From the human T2T-CHM13v2.0 reference genome, Homo sapiens, in assembly GCF_009914755.1 (NCBI RefSeq), contig NC_060931.1: a stretch of 64,000 bases of DNA, one strand, 5' to 3'. Each line of letters opens with the position of its first letter. Within the stretch, counting starts at the first letter, position 1. Shown in pieces: positions 1-14,501 of this stretch. A program made the position numbers and the translations under genes. The notes beneath the pieces are model-generated. The model was given only the letters and a program-made list of their open reading frames with translations. It was not told where the DNA came from and did not search any database.

Positions 1-117
1 TTGCTTGAACCCAGGAGGCGGAGGTTGCAGTGAACTGAGATCACACCACTGCACTCCAGACTGGGCAACAGAGCGAGACTCCGTCTCAAAACAAAAACAA
101 AAACAAATAAAAAAAAT
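1..117 (+). mobile_element. Alu (3' part, cut by window edge)
   Basis: Alu right arm and A tail. Confidence 0.95.
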
Positions 118-429
118 ATTGCTTCGATGATGCCAGTTAGAGCAGAAACTCAGAGTACTTCAAGATGAATGCATTGGGTAGGCAGATGACAGATGATTAC
201 AAAGCCAAATGACGTAGTGATCAGGTGCAAAGTATTATTTTGTCAAACACACACACACAAAAAGTCAATTGGAACTCCAGGAGAATAAAAATCTATAAGA
301 AACCGGTGATCTACTGAGAAGCAAACTTAAATGCAGAACGACTTGGAGCAATTAAAGGCATAAGAAGAGAGAATCCACTGGCGTCAGCTCTGGGCATAGC
401 AGCAGCAGGCGTGTCTGTTCTCTCACTGG

Positions 430-1100
430 TGGGTCCAGTGGTGCACCCTGGCTTCATTGCAGATACCTGGCGTGGCGGATGGGATGGATAGAATGGCCCT
501 CAGAGGAGGTCCACTGTCTTCTTAGTGCTCCTCCCTCTTTTGCAGAGGCTAAGAAGCAAAACCCATGGTTTCAGACTCCCTCCCGGTGGAGTTGCATTTG
601 TGATTTATGTTTGGCCACCAGATGTGCTTCACGGAAGGTGGAAGTGGGGCGAATGTGAGCTTGTCCGCTCTCTTTTTGTCTGCTCTTTTTGCTAACAAGC
701 GTGGTCACCAAGACACTGGGTTGTCTGCTGTTTTTTCTGCGGCAGCGTTAACAGCACCATGATGCCCAGAGACAGGGCATCAGGCTTCTGTTTTTTTTCT
801 GAGGTGGATGTTGCTCTTGGAGCATGGTTCAGGAGCCTATAAAAGCATGAGGGGCAGCTTCTTGACCTTGTGTCACACTCGAACTGGCTTCCTGGAACCC
901 ACAGCACGTCTCAACTTTCCTGTTGGGGCAGAGATGGCAGCTGCCCTGGCTGGACACTTGTGGGAGTCGTTCCTGAAAGTCCTACCTAGAGCCTTGTCTG
1001 CCAGCCCTTTGAAAACATTTGAAAGCATCTAGTTCCTTCTAGTAAATCTCTTTTGGTTTAAAATAGCCACCATGGTTCCTATTAACTGCAACTGAACCAA
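430..1100 (+). mobile_element. Old ERVL-class LTR (LTR41/LTR33-like)
   Basis: gcagaggctaagaagcaaaac..ttcagactccct and 3' ..agtaaatctcttttggtttaaaatagcc..gcaact resemble ERVL LTR consensus; subfamily uncertain. Confidence 0.5.
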
Positions 1101-1493
1101 TAAAAGTGGTTTTCAATATTTAGAATTAACCTGTAGAAAAATATTTTAAAGTTATAGAACAGGATATAGAAGCTATAAATCTTAACTGTAAAAGGATTAG
1201 TGAGGCTGAAAGACACAGGAAGGTGAGAAGAGGTAGAGAGAAGTGGGAAGTGATCAGTCCTGCAACTTAACTATCTAGTTCATGGATCGAGAATAGATGT
1301 TTTGGTTTCTTTTATATTTTTAAAATTATAGATGCAATTAATGGATGAGCCAAAAGCAAAAATATAATTTAAAAAACTTGGCAGATGAGAAAGAGGAGGG
1401 AAGAGAGATAAAACCCATTTCTGGCAATAATACTGTCTAAAAATTAATAGAAAAACAGGGTTAGCACACATTTATAGTTAGAATGTAACCACT

Positions 1494-2618
1494 GGTTTGT
1501 TGAAGATCTGATGGTTTTAAGTGTGTGGTCTTATTTCTGCATTCTCTATTCTGTTCCATTGGTCTATGTGTCTGTTCTTGTACCAGTACCATGCTGTTTT
1601 GGTTACTGTAGGCTTGTAGTATAGTTTGAAGTTGGGTAGTATGATGCCTCCAGCTTTGTTCTTTTTGCTTAGAATTATCTTGGCTATTTGGGCTCTTTTT
1701 TGGTTCCATATGAATGTTAAAACAGTTTTTTCTAATTCTGTGAAGAATGACAATTGTAGTTTAATGGGAACAGCATTGAATCTATAAATTGCTTTGGGCA
1801 GTATGGCCATTTTCACAATATAGATTCTTCTTAACCATGAGCATGGAATGTTTTTCCATTTGTTTGTGTCATCTCTGATTTCTTTGAGCAGTGGTTTGTA
1901 ATTCCTTTTGAAGAGATCCTTCACTTTCCTTGTTAGCTGTATTCTTAGGTGTTTTGTTCTGTTTGTGGTAATTGTGAATGGGAGTTCATTCATGATTTGG
2001 CTCTCTGCTTGACTTGTTAGTGTATAGGAATGCTAGCAAACCCAGCAATCCCATTACTGGGTATATGTCCAAGGGAATATAAATCATTCTATTATAAAGA
2101 TACATGCACGTATATGTTCATTGCAGCACTATTCACAATAGCAAAGGCATGGAACCAACCTGAAGGCCCTTCGGTGATAGACTGGATAAAGAAAATGTAG
2201 TACATATACACCATGGAGTACTATGCAGCCATAAAAAGGAATGAGATCATGTCCTTTGCAGGGACATGGATGGAGCTGGAAGTCATTATCCTAAGCAAAC
2301 TAACACAGGAAGAGAAAACCAAATATCACATGTTCTCACTTATAAGTGGGAGCTGAATGATGAGAACACATGGACACAAGGTGGAGGGGGAATAACACAC
2401 ACTGGGGCCTGTTGGAGGGCTGGGGCTAAGAGGAGGAAGGGCATCGAGAAGAATAGCTAATGACTGTTGGGCTTAATACATAGGTGACGGGATGGTTTGT
2501 GCAGCAAATCACCATGGCACACCTTTACCTATGTAACAAACCTGCGCATCCTATACATGTACCCCTGAACTTAAAATACAACTTGGAAAAATAAATGAAA
2601 GAAAGACAATTTTTTTTA
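1494..2618 (+). mobile_element. 5'-inverted L1PA (L1PA10-13-like): antisense ORF2 piece 1494-~2037 joined to sense 3' end ~2038-2618
   Basis: Minus-strand ORF 1517-1993 is L1 ORF2 (..[28 protein letters not shown]); sense 3'UTR and A-rich tail; degenerate TSD aatgtaaccactgg / aatagtaatcactgg. Confidence 0.9.
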
Positions 2619-3259
2619 AATAGTAATCACTGGAAGAACAGAAACAAAAGTTGTTAAAATGGGCTAACTCTGAGAGAGGGAGACTATCAATATATTATAG
2701 GGAGAAAGATTTTTACTTTTCATTTTATACTTTATGTACAGTCAAAACTTCTATTACATGCACACAATTACTTACATAAAATACATTAAAATTGTATAAA
2801 TGTTCAGTTATAAACACAGTGATACCTGGAGTTTTTGGTAGAGCACTTTTTCAGGAATAGATATTTATGAGTCCTCGTAGATCTGAGAGTGTCTTTTGGC
2901 TGCACTTGCAACTGAGTAACTTGGTTGGACGTAGATTACGGAAATCACAATCTGTTGACCTAAAATTCCGTAGCTGTTGCTCCACCTGGCCTTTCGTGTT
3001 GTAGAAAAGTCTAATGTATATCTAACTTTTTCCCTTTGTAGACAAATTTTTTTTCATTAATACATGTATTAGCTTCCTTTATCCTTAACATTAAAAACTT
3101 TCATCAGGATAAGTCTGGATGAGATTTCCTTTATTATTTTTTTAAAACTGGCACTTAGTATTTCCTTTCTAGTTGAAGGTAAAGTCTTCCTCCAGTTTAG
3201 GAAATGCTCCTTCTATTTCTTTCTTTCATTTGGTGTCTCTTCCTTCTCCTCTGTTGCTG

Positions 3260-3605
<346 letters not shown>

Positions 3606-4621
3606 TAGCTGTCCATTAACTTCTCCTTTGAGGCTCCACCTGCCTGGTTTCTCCATCTCTGATCTCAGCCTTCAGGCCCCCTCACACACGGATATCAGAT
3701 TTGTCTTCCTAAGGCACAGCATTCCACGTTCTGCATGCTTGGTGCAACCTGGCTTCATACAGAACCTTCATCTGAACCAAACCGGCATTCTTCCCTGAAT
3801 TAAACAAATCCATGGTAAAACAGTAATCAAATGTTATTTCCATAATGTAATAAAAAATACCCAACAGAGTCATTGAAGCAAGAGAGGTATTCTCATTAAG
3901 TTCTGGATAAACCAGGAATCATAAGTATTAAAAAGGAGTCAAGATTTTCTATTTGATAATATAATCACCTACCCAGTAAACAAATTAAAATCGACTGAAA
4001 AACTCTTATAACCAGTAAGGTAATTCTATAAAGTGACTGGCTGGAAAATAAATACACAAAACTTTTGCTTTTTAAAACTGTAATAACAATAACCAGCTAG
4101 AAAGTTAAAGGGAAGAAATATGTGATTCATGAAATCAAGGCATAAGCGAGCAACATGCAGCTCCTAGATGAAGAAAGTAACAAAAACTTCAGCATGAGAC
4201 TCGAAGAAAACTGGAATAAACGGAGAGGCAGTCTCATTCTCGGGCGAGGAGACTTAAGGCTGTAAAATCTCCATTCTTCCCGAAGTATCCTCTAAAGTGA
4301 AGAGAAGTGAACCATATCACTCCCGGAGGACTCCTAAAGTTTTGAATGTGTACCTTTAAAGTTTCTCCAGAAGGCTAAATCTAAGAGAAAACGCATTATG
4401 GCTCGGAGGAAGAGTGTGTAAGGAGAGGAGACTTTCTTTAGTAGGGCAACCAAATTACCAAGTGGGGCCACGAAAAGATGTGAAGTGGGGAGGGGGAAGC
4501 ATCGGGCCAACGAAACCCCAAAGAACTGTGCAGCCGGGGCTTCACTGTGACATTTGAAATCATGACGGTGTTTTGTATAATTTATATAACTATCTAATAG
4601 TGTCCTTACAATTTAAAATTA

Positions 4622-5261
<640 letters not shown>

Positions 5262-5455
5262 TCAGAGGAATAAAAGACACCTTTGGGGTGGGCCCTTTGC
5301 CCTGTGCTCCATGCCGTCTTTTTGCTCAGCAGTAGTAGTTCAAAGAATGTCTTACGGGGATATTCTCATGCCAAACACTACAAATGCTCCAACAGAGAGT
5401 ATTTTAAGTCCACAAAAGGCAACATCTTAAGAAAGAATTTAAAATACACTTTCCT

Positions 5456-5835
<380 letters not shown>

Positions 5836-5858
5836 TCAGCTCTGCCCTTCAAACCTGC

Positions 5859-6264
5859 TGCTGTGGTTTGGCTGTGGTTTGTCCCTGCCTAAAACTCATG
5901 TAGTTGCCAGTGTTGAGAGCTAGTGGGACCTTTAAGAGGGTAGATTCGTCATGAATAGATTAATGCTGTGTCTAGTGTCTTTGTTGAGTTAATTCTTGCT
6001 CTCACAGGACTGGATGAGTTACTCTGAGCGTGGGATTTTTATAAAGTGAGGCTTGTCCTCATGTTTCATTCCTTTTGCACACATCCATTTGCCTTTCTGC
6101 TTTTCTGCCACGAGGTGAAGCAGCACCAGAAGCTGAGCAGCACCAGCGGCATGCATCTTGGACTTCCCAGCCTCCAGAATTGTGGGCCAAATAAATCTCT
6201 TCTTAAAAATAAATTACCTAGCCTCAGGTATTCTGTTATAGCAACAGAAAATGAACAAATAAAC
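5859..6264 (+). mobile_element. MaLR solo LTR (MSTB/MSTC-like)
   Basis: tgctgtggtttggctgtggtttgtccc..aaaactcatg start; ..agcctcaggtattctgttatagcaacagaaaatg end. Confidence 0.85.
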
Positions 6265-6653
6265 CCGCCATGAAAACGCTGAGTAATGAACTGCCATCAT
6301 CTGGGTATTTGTTGAGTACTTTGCCAATAGGAGATTTCTTGGCTCAATATTTAGAGCTTTCAAAGCTATGGCACTGGGTTCTTCTCTCTTTCAAAAATCA
6401 TTGAATATCAAGCATTGGAAATTGGATAAGTTATAAAATGTAGCGCCACTTAACCTTGAAAAGCCCATAGAGATATGTGATATGGAGGTATATATCTAAA
6501 GAACACATTTGAAAAATGTTTTTAAAGTAGTTGCTCTTAGAGGGAGTTAGCAGTAAACAGCTTTTTGTTTATTTGTCTTAATAAGAAGTCTTTGTCCAGT
6601 GTTTATCTCTTCAATTTGACTTTTCAACCAACTTGACTATATTTGTGTAATTA

Positions 6654-6990
<337 letters not shown>

Positions 6991-7711
6991 TAAAAACCCC
7001 ACAGTGCATCATTTTCCCACTTCTGGCCTTCTACCTCCCAGTTTTCAGTTGCTTTGTGGTCACACTCACCAACAGACAGCAATTCCTGGCCCTTTGCTCT
7101 ACTGTCCTGAAATGCCTTCTAATCACAGTGTTGTAGGGACTGCAAGTTGAAGGAAGAGCACCAGGCTGTTTAGCCCAGGATGGAAGACTGTATCTTGGCT
7201 ATTCTGAGGCCAGTAAGGAAACTATATTTCACACTAAAATGATGAGTAAAACTGTTAACAAGAATCAAACCTTTGAAGAATTCTAAGCTGGAGTTAGGCA
7301 CTAGCCACATAAGTAGGTGAAGATGTTGTTGTTCTTTTTAAAGTTAAGTGTTCTCCAAGTTCTTAAAAATTAATCACATAGGCAGTTATGGCCCTATCTC
7401 TCAACCTAGACACTGTATTCAAGGATTGGGCTACTGGAAACTTCCGCTGTCTTATTTTCTTGTCTCAAATTCAGCCAGTAAGAGTCACATGGGCATGAAG
7501 ACTGACATCAGCAAATCTATGTCAAAACCTAAACTCCGATGCAGAAAAATTCAAGTTTAACCTTTTACTGGGCCAACTAATCCCCATAATATTTGGAAAG
7601 TCATCCCAAGATGGGGTGAAGCCCAGCACTGATGGTGCTTTATAGATGCCTTTACCCACCCCTCTAAATTAATAAAGTGGAATTAATTAGGTTAATAAAA
7701 ATCAGTATGCC

Positions 7712-7757
7712 TGTATCCACCAGGGTCCTCTTGAGAGACAGACCTAATAGGATCTAG
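7712..7757 (-). mobile_element. MLT2 (ERVL) LTR terminal fragment seeding the AGAT repeat
   Basis: tgtat..cagggtcctcttgagagacagacctaatagga resembles the MLT2 LTR end. Confidence 0.55.
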
Positions 7758-7803
<46 letters not shown>

Positions 7804-7811
7804 GCAGGTAG

Positions 7812-7852
<41 letters not shown>
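7758..7852. repeat. Compound tetranucleotide STR (AGAT)11 AGGC AGGT AGA (AGAT)10
   Basis: Counted directly. Confidence 0.97.
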
Positions 7853-8409
7853 GTGATATCTCAATCTGTATATCTTGAGTTAATAGCAGATTTTTATATT
7901 CAGATTGAGAAAAAACAAGGTTTTTACTTAACCATTTCTATATTCCACCTGTATCTTCTTTCCCCCACACTGAGAATCCTACTTCTCAAAGATATGTGGG
8001 ATAATAGAATTAAAATATCTCATAATTATATATTTGCTTTACCCCACACACTATATTCCCAGAACAATACTAATACTACCACATTATCATTATTAAAACA
8101 CTTAAAGTGTTGTTTATATATGTTATCTTCATTCTTTATTTGTCATAATCATCAGATTATATAGGTATCACATTTTACAATCTCTTCTTTTAACTCCTCA
8201 CTCATCTTGGTTTTACAAGTAACTACATACTTCTCATCACCAGTCCTTCTGTTGACATTTGCAGAAATTTAGTTGTCTGAAACTTATTTTCTAGTAGATT
8301 CCTACAAAAGAAGTCAAAGAAACAGTATTTTCTGAGTTCTTCCATGCTAATAATGATGTGTGCTCTTTATACTTAAAAAGGTTTTTGCTTGATATAAAAT
8401 CTTAGGTTC

Positions 8410-8785
8410 TGTATTAGTCCATTTACCCATTCTTGGGTGTGTCTTTATAGCAGTGTGAAAACTCCTATAAATTAATAAAGAAAAGAGGTTTAATTAACTC
8501 ACAGTTCCACATGGCTGAAAGGCCTCAGGAAACTTATAATCATGGTGGAAGGGAAAGAGGCACATCTTATATGGTGGCAGGTGAGAGAGAGTAAGCAAGA
8601 GCAGGGAAAACTGCCTTATAAAACCCCCAGATCTCATGAGAACTCACTATCACGAGAACAGCATGGGGGAAACTGCCCCCATGATCCAACCACCTCCCAC
8701 GTGGTTCCTCCCTCGTCATATGAGGATTATAGGGATTACAACTCGAGATGAGATTTGGGTGGGGACACAGAGCCAAACCATATCA
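8410..8785 (-). mobile_element. THE1D/MSTA-type MaLR solo LTR with internal micro-inversion
   Basis: tgtattagtcc...gatttgggtggggacacagagccaaaccatatca; 5-bp TSD GGTTC both sides. Confidence 0.92.
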
Positions 8786-9434
8786 GGTTCCCATCTTCTT
8801 TCTTTGAATAACTCAAATTTGTTACTCTTGCAGCATAAAGTATTGCTGTTGAAAAGTCTTATGATAACCTAGTATTCTTTGGAAGTCAGTTTCTCTCTTT
8901 TATCTAGATACTCAAAGTTTATTTTTTCTTTTTTTTAAAGTCCTGTAATTTTACTAGAATATGTTTTGGTGTTGATTTGTATGGGTCAATATTTTCAGGT
9001 GTTCTCTTTCAATATAGAGTTTTAAATCTTTGTTATTTCAGAAATGCTTTCTTTAGTTTTCTTAACTAGTTTTTTGAACTATAGTTTTTAGTATTTGTTC
9101 TGACCCCTTGCTTTGGTTTTCTTCTTCAGGGACTCTTGTTATTCATGTGTTGGGTCTTCTTTGTCTATCTTCACTATTTGTCACACTCTTGAATCTTCCT
9201 ACTGTTTTATTTGTCCTTTTTGGATTTTTAAATTTCCCTTCTATTTTCCTTCTCATTATCGGTTGCATTTTTTTCTTGTGTTTCTTCTAGTTTAATCTTC
9301 ATTTCTAAGATGGTTCTTTCTAGTTCTTTTTTATATCTGTCAACTCACTTCTGTCAACTCACTTTCTAATTGTAATTTATGTTGTTCTTTTGCATCTATG
9401 TCATTTTCTTAATGCTTTTAGCTTTTTTCAATAC

Positions 9435-10020
9435 ATTCTAATATAGCCCCCGCCTGTGTATCTGCCATGCATAATTCCTTTCCCTTGAGCATGGGCAGGA
9501 CCTATTGAATATGAAAGAGTATTATTGTCAGAATTAGGTTACATTATATGGCAAAAATGAGGGGAGCTTGCAGATGTAATTAAGACTCTTAATCAGCTGG
9601 CTTTAAGTTAATCAAGATGGTCAGAGTGGGACTGACCTAATCATATGACTTCTTTTAATGAGAGCCTAGAGGTCAGAGACAGAGAAGTCAGAGAGATTCA
9701 AAGCAGCAGAGACACTCTCCTGTTGGCCTTGAAGAAGTCAACTGCTGGGCCATGAAGGGGCTATGTGGCAGGAACTAGTGGGCAGCCTCTAGAAGCTAAA
9801 AGTCTTAGTTCTATAATCACAACAAACTGAATCCTTCCAATAACCAGTGAGCTTGGAAAAGGCCCCTGAGCCCCAGTGAAATTGCAGCCTCAGCCTTGTG
9901 AGACCCTGAGCAGAGAACCCAGCTAACCTGTGCCTGGGCTCCTGACCCACAGAAACTACACGATAATAAATGTATGAAGTTTGTGGCAATTTCTTATGCA
10001 GCAATGGAGATGCAATATTA
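9435..10020 (+). mobile_element. MLT1E-type MaLR LTR
   Basis: cccttgagcatgggcaggac..ttaggttacattatatggcaaaa..tgcagatgtaattaag..gagaccctgagcagagaacccagc..ttatgcagcaat. Confidence 0.8.
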
Positions 10021-10844
10021 CAGCTTTGATCTGCCCAGTGAGCATGTCCTCCAGTGCACCCTCACGGTTTGTAAGGATGTTATTCTACTCTTGTTCTTTT
10101 TCTAAATAGTACCTTTATATGAGATTTGATCTTGATATTTTTCTGCTGCTACTTTTTATATGAAGTTGGTTTTCCTGACTTTTATAAGAAGGCTTGGTTC
10201 GAATAGCTTCTTCTTTCTTTTTAACTTAATGGAGAACCTTCTGTGGTTTTCATGTAGCAGCTTGCTTGTCGGGGTTTACTGGCATGGTTTCCTTGCTTTT
10301 ATCTGGACGTTCTCTTTTCTTCACTTCTGTTCTCCCTCTTCCGCTCAATCCTGATTTTATTCCAAGACATTTCTCCTTAGTGTGGGGCCTTATCCAGGCA
10401 GGGGCCCTTGTGGGACAGTTTCAAGAGTTTAGAAGGTTGGACCGATCCTGCCCTTGAAGGGTTTGCAGCAGAAGCCTCCTATTCTCTATTGGAATAGACA
10501 AAGCCCCTCCCAGTTTCAGTCACCATCCTAAGTCCTCAAACCAACCAGCCCAGCCAGGTTCTGCCTATTGTTCTGTTAGGTGCCCCATTACTCCCCTGCA
10601 TCTCCCACGCAGGTGCCAACACTGTTCAGGTCTTATGGCATTAGCGATTGGTCCCACCTGCATGTATTTGGGGGTTGATGGGGGCACTCGACACCTAATT
10701 ATTTTGTAAATGCTGTGTATGGGTGTTTGCTTTTCCTACTTAGTTGTTCTGTATGTTTTTACCTGGGGATTTGAGTAAATCCAAAGACTCTGCTGCTACC
10801 ACCTCTGTGCATCTCCCCAGAATTCCCCCAGTATCTCTTTTTAG

Positions 10845-10945
10845 GGCTTGAGAAAGCTGAATTCCCAAAGAGGTAAACTAATTTAAGTCACACAGCTAGT
10901 GAGTGGGGAAATCAGCATTTGGACCTGGTTCTGATTCAGAGCCCT
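10845..10945 (-). mobile_element. MIR
   Basis: agaggtaaact..agtcacacagctagtgagtgg..tctgattcagagccc. Confidence 0.7.
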
Positions 10946-11145
10946 TTTTTGTTTTGTTTTGTTTTTTCCTACATTTTGTTAAATAACTGCATTTGCTATA
11001 GTAATTCCCGGCTTTAAAACTTAAATTAGTTTCCCATGAATAAAACCAATCAATCATTTTAAAGACCTTCGGCATTCAACATTTCATGCTGCCTGTCCAG
11101 CCTCATTTCTGCAACTCCCTCAAACATACCCCTGCTGTGGTCCCA

Positions 11146-11233
11146 AAAAGCTGTCCTCATTTCTTCCCTGATGGCCTGTACTCATCCCCTGAAAAGCTGT
11201 CCTCATTTCTTCCCTGATGGCCTGTACTCATCC
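11146..11233. repeat. Direct tandem duplication, 46-bp period, 42 bp identical
   Basis: aaaagctgtcctcatttcttccctgatggcctgtactcatcc at 11146 and 11192. Confidence 0.95.
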
Positions 11234-11259
11234 TTTACCTCTTCTTCAGAGTCGGAATC

Positions 11260-11361
11260 AGCTGGCCCGATGGTGTTGAGTTATCGGAACTTATTAACAT
11301 TAGTGTCACTAAAATTGGTATATAGACCCCCACTGCTAAATTTGGCCTAAAAAAAAAAAAA
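11260..11361 (+). pseudogene. Y RNA (hY4/RNY4) retropseudogene with poly(A) tail
   Basis: gctggcccgatggtgttgagttatcggaacttattaacattagtgtcactaaaattggtata...ccactgctaaattt closely matches RNY4; A13 tail; degenerate TSD agagtcggaatc/aaagtccaaatc. Confidence 0.93.
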
Positions 11362-11496
11362 GTCCAAATCTACTGTCCCTCTGCTAACCAACTAACAAGT
11401 AACTTCAGTAATTTTTGATTTTTTTCTCGTGATTTGTGGAGATGAGGGGAAATATTTTGAGGCATAATCTGTGCTTTTCAATGCCTGTCTACATTA

Positions 11497-12040
<544 letters not shown>

Positions 12041-12097
12041 TTGGACCCACAGCATTCGTTCCCACTTTCCTTTCTCCCACTTCAAGCAAGAAATCTC

Positions 12098-12388
12098 TTT
12101 TTTTTTCTTTTTTTTTTTTTTTTTTTTGAGATGCAGTCTCACTCTGTTGCCAGGCTACAGTGCAGTGGCGCGACCTTGGCTCACTGCAACCTCCGACTCC
12201 CTGCCTCAGTCTCCCGAGTGGCTGGGATTACAGGCACGTGCCACCACGCCCAGCTAATTTTTGTATTTTTAGTAGAGATGGGGTTTCACCATGTTGGCCA
12301 GGATGGTCTCGATCTCCTGACCTTGTGATCTGCCCCCGTCAGCCTCCTAAAGTGCTGGGATTACAGGCGTGAGCCACCACACTCGGCC
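12098..12388 (-). mobile_element. AluSc
   Basis: ggatggtctcgatctc, tgttgccaggct diagnostics. Confidence 0.92.
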
Positions 12389-13807
12389 AATCTCTCTTTT
12401 TACTTTTTGCTTCAGGGGAGGGATGGGAGAGCCAGCAAGCCCCTATGGCTTTTGTGTTTTCTAGAAACCTAAGGACAATTGGGATGGGGACATAGTGCCT
12501 TGGCCAGAAGCAGAGAACACGTAGGGGCTTCCCTCCAGATTTGAAAAATCCCCAACAGCGTGGCTAGGGTGGGTAGCAAGATCCTGACAGTCCCGAGGCC
12601 CTATTTTTCTACCACAAACCTTGAGGAATACACAGGTAAGCCCTGGACTTACCAGGGGACAAGGGCCCCCCAGGGCTGAAGGCCCATTATGGTTGCTTTA
12701 GCTTCCTCTTCTCGCAGTGGATTTAGTGAAACAGACATCTTAGGTGACAATGCACTGGGGAATAAAGTCCACCCTATTATTCCACGTGTCTGAGACATTT
12801 CACCAACATCTCGTTTAGTTTTGCAACATCTCTGTGTAGTAAAGCAAGGGCAAGCTTCACTCTACAGGCATCAAGAAGTCAGACGACCTTTAGAAAAATC
12901 CCCTAAGTCAGCAGCAAACCTGGGAATAAATCCAGGGTTTTCTGATTCAACTTTTGTATCTGCGTGTGAATGTTTGCTCTAGACCTTGCTGCCTTAGTAA
13001 AATAGAACAAAGTACTGTGTAAACAGCCAGCACCTTGTAAATTCTAGATAATGACCCTGCTCAGCCTAGAAGAGATGGTCTGTTCACAAGGGAAGTATTC
13101 TCCTTTTGGGGTTCTACACCCATTCCCAATGCTGGTGGAGAAGGTGTGGCTGGACTGCTTGGGCACAGCTGGCCCCAGGCATGGCAGGAACGCCCTTGGC
13201 TGTGCACAGCGGCTGGGGTTTTATTGCATTTGTTTGGGAGATTCTTAGACAAAGCACTACTTCTTGAAGTTAAGTTCCAGGGAAAGCAGCGCAGTATAAG
13301 GAAATCGTTTTTTTTCCTTTTGGTTCCTCAAATGGAGCTGCATATTCAAGGGGTAATCCAGATCCACAGCGTCTGTTCACAATGGGCTCTGAGGCTCGTT
13401 CACTGGTGAAAAAACAAATTGTTGAGGACCTTCTATCTAACAGAGCCCAGGCCCTGGACTAGCGGGTGCAGGTGCTGCAGGGAACACAGCTGAGCCGCTG
13501 TCTTCAAGAAGCATTCCAGTAGCAGGAGTGAGACTCACTTAAGCAAACACATGCAGAGCCCGTCAGATGGGGATAGGGCTATGGAGGTGATGTGTGGAAG
13601 CGTGGAGCAGAGGAGTTGCTCTAGCTGTGGCACACTGGAAGGGCCTCTCAGAAAAGACTGGAGAGACAAGAACAGAGCCAGCAACTACCTGGCATTGGAA
13701 GCAGAACAAACACCAACAGGGCTTCCTGTGAAAACAAATGAAATGAGATGTCTGATGTGCCGGCATGGCAAGGGTTTAGTGAACCACAGCTGCCTTCGCC
13801 TCTTCCC

Positions 13808-13934
13808 ACCCTCTGAGCCTCAGTTTCCTAATCTGTCCAATGGAGATAACAGAATCATACCACAAAATGCTGCTTTGGGATTCAAAAGAAAACAATAGAT
13901 GTGAAAACAACCTGTAAATTGTAAAGTACGATAA
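13808..13934 (+). mobile_element. MIR
   Basis: ctctgagcctcagtttcctaatctgtccaatggagataa. Confidence 0.75.
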
Positions 13935-14104
13935 AGCCGGGCATACATAGCAGCGTGCACCTATGGTCCCAGCTACTCAGGAAGCTGAGGAAGGAGGATT
14001 ACTTGACCTCAAAGGTTTAGGCTGCAGTGAGCTATGCTGGGGCCACTCCAGCCTGGGTGACAGAGAGAGATTCTGTCTCTAAAAATAAAAACAAAGAAAT
14101 AAAA
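13935..14104 (+). mobile_element. FRAM/AluJ right monomer
   Basis: Single right arm with tail. Confidence 0.85.
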
Positions 14105-14191
14105 GTGTGAAGAGAATAGCTGTTACTGTCCAAAGAGGTGCTGGATGAATGTTCGCCACTGGGACACATTGGCAGCACTTCTTCAGGAGAT

Positions 14192-14501
14192 TTTTTCTTT
14201 TTTCTTTTTCTTTTTTGTTGAGACAGAGCCTTGCTCTGTCACCCAGGCTGGAGTGCAGTGGCCTGATCTCATCTTGCTGCAAGCTCTGCCTCCTGGGTTC
14301 AAGCGATTCTCCTGCCTCAGCCTCCCAAGTAGCTGAGATCATAGGCATGCACCAGCATGGCTGGTTAATTTTTGTATTTTTGGTAGAGATGGGGTTTCGC
14401 CATGTTGACCTCGCTGGTCTTGAACTCCTGACTTCAGGTGATCTGTCCGCCTCAGCCTCCCAAAGTGCTGGAATTACAGGCATGAGCCACCGCTCCTGGC
14501 C
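14192..14501 (-). mobile_element. AluS
   Basis: Alu consensus. Confidence 0.95.

Larger units (their letters stand above)
7860..10420 (-). mobile_element. Old L1M remnant, fragmented by a THE1/MST LTR and an MLT1E LTR
   Basis: T-rich L1-antisense-like text (tattgctgttgaaaagtct..; ttcttcagggactcttgttattcatgtgttggg..). Confidence 0.55.

Noticed and set aside
1517-1993. 158-aa ORF resembling a reverse-transcriptase-protein segment
   Set aside because: Fragment of L1 ORF2 in a truncated inverted insertion
11146-11233. Direct repeats as a CRISPR-like array
   Set aside because: Only two copies, 4-nt spacer, eukaryotic context; simple tandem duplication
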